A DNA stretch of 62,180 nt from Rhynchobatus australiae. Lineage: Eukaryota. Location: the NCBI GenBank assembly GCA_034780895.1, contig JAUZTB010000076.1, positions 99,018,333 to 99,080,512 of the forward strand, in the 5' to 3' direction. Under the pieces are notes generated by a model. It did not search any database, was not told the origin of the DNA, and saw nothing but the letters and a program-made list of their open reading frames with translations. Position 1 is the first letter of the stretch, and each line of letters starts with the position of its first letter. Below are positions 38,706-53,829 of the stretch, piece by piece. The position numbers and the translations under genes are program-made.

Positions 38706-39149
38706 CTAATGAAAAACAAACAAAAAAATTGCTGGATAATTAATTATTGAACATGATTCCTAACTACAGCACAAATCAAATCTTTCAGCTTTTAATACAA
38801 TCTTTTGTTCTGCCATCAGAAAGAATGGGCTGGGACTTCCAACCATCAGTTTGATACATTTCTTTCCAAAGACAGTAATGGTGCATTTGCCCAGATAATC
38901 ATTTAACAGCGGTGTAGTGGTCAGGAATTTTATTACAACATTCCTGTAACAACTTTAAGAAAGGCAGCTACTCTAACTGATGGAAACTGAAGATCAGAAA
39001 ACATTTTTAAGAATTTAATTTGCTGCTTTTCTTATAGCAATTTCTCTTCAGAAATGTGGGCAAAGTGATTGGAGTTGCACAGATCCTACACGTACCTTGC
39101 ATAAACCTAGTTTGTATACTCTTGCATAGAACGTAGAAGGGTGATCTGA

Positions 39150-39480
39150 TTGAGGTAGCAAAGTGACACTTCAATTAGTGCAGCTATCTCACAGTTCCAA
39201 GAACTTGGGTTCGATTCTGATCTCCAGTGTAATCTGTGTGGAGTTTGCATGCTCTCCCTGTGTCTATGTGGGCTTTTCCTAGGTGCAGCGGTTTCCTCAT
39301 TCATGCAATAGATGCCCCGATTGGTAGGTTAATTGATTACTGTAAACTGTCTTAAGTGTTGGTGCATGGATGGAAAATTGGGGTGGGACTGTTAAGGGGC
39401 ATGTGCAAATTGGACTACTCAGAGCTGGCAGACTTGATAGGCCAGATAGCTTTCTTCTATGTTGTAATGAAATATGAAAA
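39150..39480 (+). mobile_element. tRNA-derived V-SINE (HE1-like)
   Basis: B box gggttcgattc; V-domain tgtgtggagtttgcatgctctccctgtgtct...ggtttcctc; LINE-derived tail. Confidence 0.8.
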
Positions 39481-40041
39481 AATTAGATGTTTATAGCATA
39501 AAAAGATTGGTTAAGATAAACAAAAACTATTTCTTCACGTGGGATAATCCAGGTTGATGGGCCAGCACAAGAAGCCTGCACTTTCACATGACGGATTTTN
39601 NNNNNNNNNNNNNNNNNNNNNNNNNNNNNNNNNNNNNNNNNNNNNNNNNNNNNNNNNNNNNNNNNNNNNNNNNNNNNNNNNNNNNNNNNNNNNNNNNNNN
39701 NNNNNNNNNNNNNNNNNNNNNNNNNNNNNNNNNNNNNNNNNNNNNNNNNNNNNNNNNNNNNNNNNNNNNNNNNNNNNNNNNNNNNNNNNNNNNNNNNNNN
39801 NNNNNNNNNNNNNNNNNNNNNNNNNNNNNNNNNNNNNNNNNNNNNNNNNNNNNNNNNNNNNNNNNNNNNNNNTAGGTGAGAAAAAGGAGCTGGAGGAACT
39901 GGATCATATCTCAAATCAATGTCCATCCGAATAGCTTACACTGTTCTTGCCACCTGGAGTTTCAGACTCTAAATAATTTCCGGGATCTTTTATGGCTACT
40001 GTTGGACTCTAAGTGTCTGCTTACATGTGTAATTCCTATTA

Positions 40042-40263
<222 letters not shown>

Positions 40264-40789
40264 TTATCATATTTGAAATTTCTACAAGAAATTTCTACAC
40301 TTTTTTTACCCCCCACACACTTCTTCAGGTCCTTATTTTTAAAGTTCTATCGCTGTTTCAAAAGGCTTAAAACAAAGTATCAAGACTTTGGTGCATCTTT
40401 TCTTTCTGGAATTCAAAAGCAGCATCAGCTTTATTTCCCTCTCTTGCGATGGTGGATGTCCTTTGCCATCATGCATATATAACACCGAACTCAGGAAAAT
40501 GTGTCTGTCATCACGTTGTTAGGACAGTAAGTGAAATTTTTAGGTTTGTAAGTAATGAAAGCACGTTTTCTTTCTAAATCATAACTCCCTTGCCCAATTA
40601 TCTCACTTGAAATTTGTTACACCACATATTAAATGGATGAATATTCTTCCTTATTAAATCATTCTATACTTAAATGAAAAATCATATCAGACATTTTTTT
40701 TATTCATATGTGATGGGAGTATTTCATTGTTTTATATTTGGTCCTCATCCAATTAAAGTTTTTGAAACAATTCTTCAAAATCTCATTAA

Positions 40790-41580
40790 GTACATTAAGG
40801 TGGATAAATCCCCAGGGCCTTATGGGATCTATCCTAGATTACTGAGAGAGACATGGAGATCACTGGGGCCTTGAGAGAGATCTTTGTATCCTTTTTAACC
40901 ACAGGCGGGATCCCAGAGGACTGGAGAATAGCCAATGTTCTTCCTCTGTTTAAGGAGAACAAGGACAAACTCAGAAATGATATGCCAGTGAGCCTTACAT
41001 CAGTTGCAGAGAGATTATTGAAGATGATTCTTAGGGACAGGATTGACTCACATCTGAAAAAGCATAGGCTTATTAGGGATAGTCAGCATTGCTTTGTGGG
41101 AGATGGCATGTCTTACAACTTAATTGAATTTTTTTTGAGGAGATTAAGGAGATGATTGATGAAGATAGGGCAGTGGATGTTATTTATATACATGGACTTT
41201 GGTAAAGTTTTTGACAAGGTCCCTCATCATAGACTGATTCAGAAGATTAAAGCGCATGGGATCCATGAAGACTTGGTAGATTGGACTGAAAATGTTGTAG
41301 GCCATTGAAGACACAGAGTAATGGTGGAGGGCTGTTAGTTTGACTGGAGGTCTGTGACCGGTGGTGTTCCACAAGGATTAATGCTGGAACCTTGTCGTTT
41401 GTGATTATACAAATGATTTGTATGAAAATGTAGGTTGGCTAATTAGTAAGTTTGCAGATGACACAAAGATTGGTGGAGCTCTGGTTGGTGAGGAAGATTG
41501 TCAAAGGATTCAGCAGGATGTGGACTGATCGGAAATATGGACAATGAGATGGCATTTGGAGTTTAGTCTGGACACAATGG
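40790..41580 (+). mobile_element. CR1 ORF2 reverse transcriptase fragment
   Basis: KSPGPYGIYPRLLRE; IPEDWRIANVLPLFK; YMDFGKVFDKVPH; GVPQG; KFADDTK. Confidence 0.9.
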
Positions 41581-43939
41581 ACTTGTTAGTAAAATAATAG
41601 CAGGTTTCATGCAGGCTGTGGTTGGGCCAGATTACATATACCTTTAGCTGGTGGTTCTGACTCACCACTGTGTCCAGCAGCAGAGCACAGAGATGTTGAG
41701 CACAGGGGCTGGATGCAGTGGCTGGCATAAAGCGCATGACACCATTTATTTGAATGGGGTTGCCAACTCTGACTAAAAAGGCGAATCAGTTAAGTAAATC
41801 ATTAATTTTATCTTAATATTTATGTAATTTCAAATGCTTTAAGTTGCATATTAATTAATTTGATTTTTTGTTTATTCATTTTAAATATTTTAAAAAATCA
41901 TTGGCCAATTTGAACCTTTAAAAAAAAAAGGTCCCGATTTTCAGAGACATCTAAAAATAAGTTTAAAGGACTTTACAAGAGGCAAGCTGTTGAAGAGATG
42001 TCAGACGTTCCAGGGCATGGCCTCAGGAATGACACTGGAGTACTAAGGTCAGTTTGGTTGACCCTTTGTATCTGAAACAGTTACTGTGGGTGGGCAAGCT
42101 GTCATGGTCTATGGCAATCTGGCCCATGAGTTTGTAAATGATCCATTTACTTGTGATGAATAGGAGATGCTCTGTAGGCTACAAATCATTATGAACCACA
42201 CAACCATTTGTGCCTCTGTGCCCCTGGTTTCATGTAAATGCCACCATCATCAGTCTCCCCTATTTTTCAAAAATAATTGCTGATTTGATATTAAAATGAA
42301 TTAAACTCACTACGGCAGGACTGATAGCAACAATATATTAAGATAACAACTCAAAAAATCTTTTTAATAACCAGAATTACATTCCTGCAATGCCATTCAC
42401 ATGTCTGGCTAACTAAAGCAACAACTGAAACTGTGGTCTCTTATTTACTGAATTGACAAAATGTTTCTGGAAAACAAACATTTTATATTTAATTTTTACT
42501 TTATTCACTCCCCTATTTTTCCTTAGGCTTTTGCTGTCTCTCTTAATCCAATACTTCACTTTATTCCTTATTCTCTACTTAATTTACTTTTTTCTTCTAT
42601 TTCCTTAACTTAAAGAATATAGGTGGAAGAGTAGCAGGGTCAATAAGAGAACTGTGTTGGATCATCGGCTAGTTATACAGTAAAACACTGACAATCTAGT
42701 ATCTGACTGTTTTGAAATCACAATGGCTCAACACTTGGCTCTTGGGATTTTGCTTCCCACATTCCCTTTAAACTTAGGGAGATGCATTTTCCCACGTTCC
42801 CTTTCAACACAATGGGTTCTGTCTCCCACACTCTCTTTAAACACAACCAGTTCATTAGAAATTTTATTATACTACTGTGTAACATCTTAAAAAAATGAAT
42901 TAAGCATGTGTTGATGTATTAATAAGATGTAATATCCAATAATACAGAAAATCTGTTAGTCTAGCACTACTGAAGTCTGAGGCTGTCGAATTTTTGGGGT
43001 TTTACTGTATGCTCTGGGTTTTCTTTCCACTGACAGCTGAAGTGCGCAACCAAAGGTTTCCAACCTAACTAATCTCGTGCATTTTCCTTCTATACTACGA
43101 TAAACTTGATCTGATACCTTTCTGTTCAGAAACTTGATTAACTTCAAAGACTCTGCTAAACTTGACTGGTTTAGTCTTTTTAATTTTAGCATCCTTCTCT
43201 AACAAAAAATATGCTTTAAAAACCCAACGTTTAAAAATAACACTTCCCCAAATCCTTGAAGTAGAAAAATAGTTCTGAAGCATCCAAAATGTTAATTAAT
43301 TTAGACTCTTGTACTATGAATCTCCCTTCATTGGAAAAGAAAATGAAAAGCAAGAGTTAACCAGTAATACATTTGTTTATGCGAGCTTTAGTAAGTTGTA
43401 TTAACCACAAAATGAGACACTCATTTACCATAAATTGTTCCTTTCACTCAAAGAAAATATCATGCACTTAACTCTTGAGTTCAATGGTAGCACTGAAATT
43501 TATGCATTATCATGACAATAAGGTGTGAGTCATTAAATTACTGGAAGGCTCTACAAATATCTGGGACTACAGTTTGTTATCAACCTTAGCATCTTCAATG
43601 AAGAAAATATTCTCACACATGAATGGATGTTAAGAAAAAGATGTAAAGAGAATGAGGTAGATTTTAAGGAGAATTAGATGGCAAGGCAGACAAGTATGTG
43701 AGGAGAACTCTAAATTGCTTGGTCTGGTAAATATATGGCCCTTAAAAATGTATTGGTGAAATAGCCACCTATGACTCAGCAAAAAGAGAGGGACACGCAA
43801 GTGGTCAAGGGAAGACAAAATAAGTTTGCAAGGAGAAAGATGAGTGGTTGGAAAAGATTACCCAATTAGAAATGGTTGAGGCAAGAATGAGGAGAATTAA
43901 ATTTTTTTACGCTCTATTTAAATTCTCCAAATCACCAAC

Positions 43940-44043
43940 CTTGTCCATGTAGCCCATGTGATTTTCTCAGTTACTGACTGGTCAATTACTTGCTTTCCTG
44001 ATGGAACCTCATGCACCTGACGCTTGTAGGCACCTGTGGATAC
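43940..44043 (-). CDS. EML6: EML6 coding exon (104 nt)
   Basis: tgtgcag|GTATCC...GACAAG|gttggt; VSTGAYKRQVHEVPSGKQVIDQSVTEKITWATWT. Confidence 0.95.
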
Positions 44044-45799
44044 CTGCACAGAAGAAAAAAATGCTTAAATTAAATACATTTGGTATACTAAATCAGAAGT
44101 ATTTTTTGAATAGTTGAAAAATTGCATGAATATGAACAACAATTTTACATAACACAGCTATTCACTTTCAAAGACTAGCTTCAGAGAGAAGCTTGGATAA
44201 CTTTAAAAAATCTATCACTGTTCTGTTTTTGTACCATGGGAGTTGAATCAGGAGGGTGCAGTGATCCTTGCCTGGTGTGTACATATAAAGGGGATTCAGA
44301 AATACATTGGTGGAAGAAAGAAGAAAAACACAACATCCAAGTGAATAGGAATTGGGTCAAACCAGAGGGGGAAGTAAAGAATTTCTAAAAAAAAATGCAA
44401 CTTGCATAAAAAGACTGCCCCTTATAACAGAGATTACACAGAGATGAAAAAATGCATTGGACTTCTAAATCTATATGAATAATAAATTTTCAGAGGAGGA
44501 CAAATGTCAAAAAGTTGCACAAAAAGCATTAAAGATATAAGGCTTGCTGTTAAACAGATTTCACTGTAAACCTTTGGAGTTCATCACAAACATGCCATGT
44601 GCAAAAGGTGAAAATAGTGATGCATAGCCTCAAAAAGCTGACAGCTCAAAACAAAACTGGAAGACCCTCACTTCAAATTCTCTCTTATTACATTTGCATT
44701 GCAGGGGAAAGAAATGGTGTTTTGTCACTGCACTTGCAGTGAAAATTTAAACCCGAATTCAAAATAAAATGTTGTAACTGACGTACAATGAGACATGAAT
44801 GTTATAATCAATTCTGGCTTTCCCAAAGACAAATGGAGGATTCATTGTCGTTCTGATGGAGAAGAAATCAAGTTTTGAATTAAGGTGCTAATTACTGATT
44901 CTGTCTATATAAAAAGTGCAAACTGAGAAACTGGGCTGCATCATCTTGTAGCTTTTATTGGTCAGCTGGAATTGGCCCTGCAGGTAAGGTAACCGTCACG
45001 CTTTTGTTTTGATTAATATTGATGGAGTTGAAAGTGCTCCTTCTAGCTCGCAAGGAATATGTTCATTTTTGTTATCTTGGTTAGCTCAGAATCTGGAGAG
45101 CATTGTATAAATGGAAGATCTTTAGTATCCCAATGTTAAAAATGTTTAGCAGGTAGACTCATTTGGATTCACAGACCCCACCTGGTGCTACCCAGCAGAT
45201 GACAATTTGTTATAGCTTTCTTGGTCCTGAGCATAAACTAGTTCATATGACCTGTACTTTAAAAAGACATTTGCAGCTGCACTAAGAACCTGGTGTGAAC
45301 CTCTGCCACTGCTCATTCTGTGGTATGTGATAGATGTTGCCCACATTCCCCTCATCCCATCCTCCACACCACCCCAGACTTTGTTTGATTCCACAGCTCT
45401 CCTCAGCTCAGTCCAGCCAAAGGGAGGGGAGGGGAGGATAACAGGAGGTGACAGAGACCTTTGTATCTGGGTAATCTGTCAACACATGGAACAGCTGCTG
45501 CCAGTCCCCATCAATGGCTCAAACTCACTGTGTTGGCTATAAGTTGTCCTGAGCCCTGCATCTTAGCAGAGAGTAATCATCACAGCCTGCCTGATACCAA
45601 CCCCCACAGGCAGCTGTTGCATATTACCCCATTGGTTCACTCCACACTGAGCTCTGTAGCAATAAGATCACTTTAAACCACAGGAGTTCCAGTGGAGGGC
45701 CAAGACCTCAATCAGGTTGCAGGCACAACAGTGCTGATAGTAATGCACTTTTCTCTCTCTGCACCAACAGCCATCCCAACCCCTCACTGCTTCCTATTA

Positions 45800-46045
<246 letters not shown>

Positions 46046-46634
46046 TCAATGTTTCTAAATTAATTATAAACAATTTATTAAACTATTATTTGTCTTAATT
46101 TTATTCAGTACAATACTTCATTTTCAAAGGTATTTACTTAATGCCCTGTTCAACATGTTCATTAATATTTTTACTTCAGAATAACACTCACTCTCAGGAC
46201 TGTGAATTCCACAAATTTCCCACTACTGAAACCAGCCCGTCACTTCACCCTTGTCACATTACGGCCTCTTTTCTTGGAAAAAACTGCTTTTTTGATGACA
46301 ACCCTGCCAGGACCCACCTAATATCAGCTTGAACAATGTTATCGAGTCATAGAGGACACACCACATCCTCGCCGACCATATACTCTAATTCCATTTGCCC
46401 ACACTAGGACTGTATCCTTCTGTGCCTGTCTAAATGTCACTTAAACATAGTGACTCTACTATCTGCTCTGGCAGCAAGCTCCAGATATCAACCATTCTTG
46501 TACATAAAAAAAATTACCCTCAAATCCCCATTAAAACTTCTTCCTTTCACCTTAAAATTATGTCCTCTTGTTTTTGATACGATGGGAAAAGATTCTGACT
46601 ATGTACGCCTATTATGATTTTATATACCTCTATA

Positions 46635-47660
46635 AAGGTGGATAACTACTCCAGGCCTGATGGGTCCAATCCCAGGTTATTGAGAGATGAAAGAGGAGAT
46701 TTCTGGGGCCTTGACAGAGATCTTTATATCCTCTTTAACCACAGGCAAGGCCCCAGAGGACTGAACAATAGCCAATGTTGTTCCTTTGTTTAAGGAGGGT
46801 AGTAGAGACAAACCACGAAATTATAAGCTGGTGAGCCGACATCAGTAGTAGGAAAATTATTGGAGAAGTTTCTTAGGAAAAGGATCACCTTGCATCTGGA
46901 AAAAGCTAAGACTTATTAGGGATAGTCAGCATGGCTTTATGCAGGGGAGGTCATGTCTTGCAAACTTGATTGAGTTTGTCTGAGGAGATGATGAAGATGA
47001 TTGAAGAGGGTAGGACAGTGGATATTGCATATATGTGGACTTTAGTAAAGCTTTCGACAAGGACCCTCACGGTAGGCTGATCCAGAAGATTAAGCACATG
47101 AGATCCATGGAGACTTGGCAGATTGGATTCAAAATTGGCTTCGTCATAGAAGACAGAGGGTAGTAGTGGAGGGGTGTTTTTCTGACTGGAGGTCTAAGAT
47201 TAGTGGNNNNNNNNNNNNNNNNNNNNNNNNNNNNNNNNNNNNNNNNNNNNNNNNNNNNNNNNNNNNNNNNNNNNNNNNNNNNNNNNNNNNNNNNNNNNNN
47301 NNNNNNNNNNNNNNNNNNNNNNNNNNNNNNNNNNNNNNNNNNNNNNNNNNNNNNNNNNNNNNNNNNNNNNNNNNNNNNNNNNNNNNNNNNNNNNNNNNNN
47401 NNNNNNNNNNNNNNNNNNNNNNNNNNNNNNNNNNNNNNNNNNNNNNNNNNNNNNNNNNNNNNNNNNNNNNNNNNNNNNNNNNNNNNNNNNNNNNNNNNNN
47501 NNNNNNNNNNNNNNNNNNNNNNNNNNNNNNNNNNNNNNNNNNNNNNNNNNNNNNNNNNNNNNNNNNNNNNNNNNNNNNNNNNCTTTGGAGTATTGTTTGC
47601 ATTTCTGGTCACTGTGTTACAGAAGGATGTGGAGGCTTTGGAGAGGGTGCAGAAGAGGTT
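46635..47660 (+). mobile_element. CR1 ORF2 reverse transcriptase fragment spanning a gap
   Basis: IANVVPLFK; DFSKAFDK; WIQNWLRHRRQRVVVEGCFSDW; KDVEALERVQKRF. Preceded by an opposite-strand CR1 tail at ~46345-46630. Confidence 0.9.
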
Positions 47661-48731
47661 CCAAATGTACACAGATTCTACCCTTTAGGATTTTCTCCGA
47701 TAACTTCCCTACCACTGATGTGAGGCTTCACCAGCGTACAGTTACCTGGCTTATTCCTGCTGCCCTTCTTAAACAGAGGAACAACATCAATTCTTCTCCA
47801 ATCTTTTGGCATCTCACCTGTGAGATAATTTAGCTGAATCAGCCAAAGACTGGATATAAGACATTCATTCCCTCCACCACTGGTGTTCTGTGGCTGTACT
47901 GTATAACATTTGCAAACTGCACTTCAGTTATACCACAACAGCAGTAGGTGCATGGAAACACCACCAAGTACCCTCCATGCCACACACGATCCTGACTTGG
48001 AAGATATAATGTACTATGACTTTATCATCACTAAGTCTTAAGTTCCAGAACATGCTACTCAACATGATCTTCTCCAGAAGATTTCTCAAGGGCACTACAT
48101 GGCAAAAATGAATATATTTAAATACAAGGTAATTTCTGGCCGATAGGAATTATAGAATACATTTGACTGGCATCAAAATCGCTAGAAGAGGCTGAAAGAG
48201 ATAGACAGACCAAGGAGAGGTATGAGGTTTGGAGGGATAGCATGTTTTGGGAGTTGCTCAACTCCACAGCTCAAGACAGTGCCGACAAAGAGGAACTAAG
48301 CAATAGCAGAACAAAGGAAAAGAGCTGGCAGGTAGTTCAGGAGACACTAGAGGGCACTTGCTCTTTAATCAGTGTTTGGTTCTGAATATAGATGTTGCAA
48401 GGTGGTGGTGGGGGAGGGGTGCAGCATAGTTAAAATGAAGCCTGTCCCAATGGAATAGCTCTCTCTTCTTTGAGTACTAGTGACAATGCTCCAATGAATT
48501 GGAACCCATTTCTCCCACGCCGATCTTTGAGCCATGTGTTTACTTATCTAAAGTTATTTATCTTCTGTCATTTGCACCTGATTCAGGTAATAATCTGGAG
48601 ATTATCACTTTTGTGGTTTTGCTTTTCAATTTTGACCCTAAATGCTCATAATCCCTCAGCAATACCTTCTCCCAAATCCAAAATTTTGACAATGTGGACA
48701 ATGACAACTGGATCTTACTCCTCCCACTCCT

Positions 48732-48975
48732 AGATTTAAGGTGAGAGGGGAAAGATTTAGAAGGACCCGAGGGGCAACTTTTTCATGCAGAGGGTAGTTG
48801 GTATATGGAACAAACTGCCAAAGGAAGCTGGAGAGGCAGGTACGATTTGGACAGGTACATGGATAGAACAGGCTGAGAGAGACATGGGCCAAACACAGGC
48901 AAATGGGATGTCCAGATAGACATCTTGGTTGACATGGACGAGTTGGGCCAAAGGGCCTGTTTCTGAGCTGCAAAT
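48732..48975 (+). mobile_element. Nested CR1 3' tail
   Basis: tttaaggtgagaggggaaagattt...ggggcaactttttc...gggccaaagggcctgtttct. Confidence 0.8.
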
Positions 48976-49104
48976 TCCTCTCCAGACCACATGTCCTCAT
49001 TCTTGATGGCAGGCAGGCAACATAGCCTTCTGGACTCTATTTACTTCAGAGAACAGTGTCTGTTCCCCTAGCTTTGTTATCACCTATGACAACTATACTT
49101 TGTT

Positions 49105-49730
49105 GACACTATGGTCAAGAAAGCACACCAGTGCCTTTACTTCCACAGAAGGCTAAGGAAATTTGGCATGTCCTTGATTATCCACACTAAATTTTACAGA
49201 TGCACCACAGAAAGCATCCTTTCCAGATGCATCACAGCTTGATGTGGCAACTGCTCTGCCCATGACTGCAAGAAATTTCAGAGAGTTATGAATGCCACCA
49301 GTCTATCATGAAAACCAGCTTCCCCTCCATTGACTCTGTCTACACATTCTGTTGCCTTGGGAAAGCAGCCAACATAATCAAGGGCCCCTCCCACCTTGGT
49401 CATTCTCTCTTCCCCCGCCTCCTGTCAGGCAGAAGATATAAAAGCTTGAGAATACATACCACCAGGCTCAAGGACAGCTTCTATCCTGCTATTATCAGAC
49501 TCTTGAACAGACCTTTTATACACCAAAGATGAACTCTCGATCTCTCAATCTACCTTGTCATTGCCCTTGCACTACACTTTCTCTGTAACTGTAATACTAC
49601 ATTCTTCATTCTGTTTTCTTTTCCTTTTGTACTACCTCAATTTGCTTATGTATGGAATGATCTGTCTGGATGGCATGCAAGTAAATGCTTTTCACTGATT
49701 CTCGGTACATGTGACAATAATAAACCAATT
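49105..49730 (+). mobile_element. Rex1/Babar-like LINE 3' fragment (DUF1891-type C-terminus)
   Basis: VKKAHQCLYFHRRLRKFGMS...NFYRCTTESIL...KAANIIKGPSHLGHSLF...GRRYKSLR...RLKDSFYPAIIRLLN; tail ends gtgacaataataaaccaattt. Confidence 0.8.
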
Positions 49731-50743
49731 TACTCTACTTGAATGTGCAATGGTGCTTTGGACAGTTTGCACATGCACACTGCAGTCCCCACCCTCACCC
49801 GAGAGGGAGCATGAACCTCATACCTCTTAGAGAAGGTTAAGGGTGAAGGTTCCTCCAGAGCTGCTCTCTGGATCCTTATACCTCCTTCATTTGTAGTCAC
49901 ATTCTCCTGTCCCTGACCACAGATCAAATTCAAGGTAACTAATCAAAGGGGTTGACTGCCTCCTGGAGCACAGCACACAGGTAACTGTCCCTCTTCCTAA
50001 AGTATTGCAGTGTCTGAAGCTTGGACCATTTCATCAACTCAGTATCAAAGTTCCTTGAGCAGCCAGCACTAACTGCAGATATGGTCACTGAAGTCCACCA
50101 GTTCCTAAATGTTGCTGCTACAACACATTGCCTGTCCAGCCATCTTTGTTCTATTTAATTAATTAATTTGGATTTAATTAGTAACATGCACCCTTAACTA
50201 TACTAATGTCCCAAGTTAAATTTCTTGACCAATAAGGAGGAATTAGGAAGAAATACCAGTCACCTATCTGCTGTCTTGTGACATCAAACTTTGCCACTTT
50301 AAAAACTCTGGGTCTCATTTCCACTGAAACTGGAGTTCTCTGGGCTTCTGTTCCGGCTCCTTTAAAACTTTCTGGACTTCTGTTCCCACCCCTTTTCAAC
50401 TGTATGCAAGGTAGAATTTTGTACATGAAATCAATCAAGTGTTCAATGCCATTTGATGTCACTTTGCATGCCCAGTAGCCTCTCTGCAGTAGCATGTTGT
50501 GTGTCTGGAAGCACCAGGAACAATTTAACTCCCTGATTTTCTGTTCTGACCTGAAAATGGTCCTCAAGCACAAATGTCTGGGCCCCAAATTCAGAGCTTA
50601 TAGACCAGCAAGTGATATAGGTACTGCAATAGTATTTAGGTGTACGACAGAGGTGAGTTTGTGCTCATGTTGATATTTAATCAATTTTGATATACATCAC
50701 TGTACATACTTTAAAATATTAGCTGAATATTTCTACAGCATTA

Positions 50744-50926
<183 letters not shown>

Positions 50927-50967
50927 CTACAATGGGTAAATTCAGCAAAATTATGTAAAATAACTTA

Positions 50968-51468
<501 letters not shown>

Positions 51469-53623
51469 CTATAATCAAAAGAATTGTTATTAGGCAAAAA
51501 GCCAAGTTAAATGAGAGGAAATATATACTGTATGTGTTTGCTGGAACTTTTAAATGTTGCAAAATAAAATGGCGCAAGATAAATTCAGGAAGCTTCATGT
51601 TCATCAGATNNNNNNNNNNNNNNNNNNNNNNNNNNNNNNNNNNNNNNNNNNNNNNNNNNNNNNNGGTATAATGAAGGAAAGTTGTAAGGATTGGGGGGCG
51701 GGGGGTGGGGGAGGGAGGGGGAAAGGAAGAGAGAGAGACAAGGAGGAAAGAAGGAGGGGAGAAAAGGAAGAGAAGTTAGAAGAAAAATTTCTTGACATTG
51801 GAGCAAAGGGAGATGCTCTTTTGATGCATAGGTAGAGTTCAATTATTGAACCACAGAAATTTCTTCTAAGCTTGACTGAGTACTTTATAACAATAGTCGA
51901 TAGAAGTAGACTAACACTCCTTTTATCAGCAATGACATCCTTTACTTCCATCACTATAGAAATTCATCAATGACAGAACTCAATTACAGAGAACCGTGGA
52001 AACAGCAATAATGTAATTGAAAGTCTGCAAACTTTATATTTTTGATTAGAGTTTCAATATATTGTCAACATTCAATCTTAATTTTATAAATATGAAAGAA
52101 TGATCACTTCAGATTGCAAATCCCTTCTGCATCATAACGTCAACCATATCTGAACAAAAACAGCTTTTTGATTAATGAGGAAAATTTAACATGCGGGTTT
52201 AAATGCGGATCATGGAAAATGTCTAACAATAAGTTAGTTCAACATGTCGTCTTCTGGGTTTAACTAGGACACATTAGGTTGTATGGAAAATCCCCTCTGG
52301 ATGCATTTTAGGTGATTTACAATATCTTAAATCAGTGCATGGGTGTAATATTAAATTAAAATGCAACTAGATTAAAATATCAAACATCCAAAAAGTCTTT
52401 ACTGACATCAAGGAAAGGAAGGAAGGAATGTTTTCGTGAAGCACATTAAAAGTCAGGCCTAAAAACTAAAATATACGGTGTTTATAGCTGTTATCAAGCT
52501 TTAATGCCTGCTCGGTAGGGTATAGAGAGGTCTTAGTGATGAGAGGCTTTTGAGATATTGAAACAAGATCAGAATGGGCAGCTTGGCTGTCTTAAAAAGA
52601 GCATGGTACAAGCAGCAAGAAGACCATTGGACCAGCCTTCAAGAGTCACACAGGAATAGGGGTTAAATTTGCAGAAGGCAGTATATAGGTAACAGAATTT
52701 GCATTCAGGTATTAAATGTCCCGGACAACACAAACTAACAGTGCATCTGGGTGGAGGGCTGTGGTAGGGGGTGGAAATATGACTTGGCATGTTAAAATGG
52801 TGAGATGATCTGCAAAAGAGTGAAGGCCAGTTGAATTAATGGGTGTTTTTTTCCCGTCTCTATTATATGTGAGCATCACTTATGGGATATGGGAATTACT
52901 AAGATGTCAATATTTAATTATCTCTCTCACTGCCCTTTAGAGGCTGTTTAGGAACCACTTTCTTATCATACTGCAGTACTTGTGAAAAAGGTGGGCAGTT
53001 CTAGAATTTTAACCCAGTGACAATTGAGAAACGACAACAAATTTCAACAGATAAGGATATTGTGCAACTTGGAGGTAACATTGCAGGTGATGGAAGACCA
53101 AGGTAATCACTGGCCTGATCCTTCTAAATGGTGGATGTGAGAGCTATTCCAGGTCTTATCAAGGAAGCCTTGTTAACTTGCTACCCTTCTGTTTGATACA
53201 ACTAACACAAGCATACATTTGGTGGAGGATAGTGGAGTAAGTGTACTTCAAATGATGGTGTGGGGTTGCTCAGATGAGCCAGTTTTTTTGATATATCTAT
53301 TCAAGCACCTAACTTCAGCTGACACTGGCTGGAATGCTATCATGAACAGGATGGAACATGATCCAATGTCATAGTCAGACCTCCATCATGGCAGATACTC
53401 TTTCAGTACCATCTTAACAATTTCCATCAATTCAAAAAACTTAAACATAGCAGTTCCAATAATTTGCATTCTTTTACCGAATGGTTTGTTGCAACACTAT
53501 GAAGTACACAATAGTAAATTAAGAAGCCGTTTTACAGTCTATCCGATATCTTTTTTTGTTGACAATTTAATCCCCACATAAATCTTAATTTTTATCTATT
53601 TTTGTACAAATTAAACTACTTCA

Positions 53624-53821
<198 letters not shown>

Positions 53822-53829
53822 TTACAAAT

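Larger units (their letters stand above)
48460..50150 (-). mobile_element. CR1 5'/ORF1 remnant (-) split by nested insertions
   Basis: ORF1-like pieces at 48480-48730, 48985-49100 and 49750-50140 correspond to the + strand element at 23550-24420, in reverse order. Confidence 0.6.

Noticed and set aside
39150-39230. tRNA-like B box (also at ~61845-61910)
   Set aside because: Heads of V-SINEs; no cloverleaf and directly followed by the V-domain.
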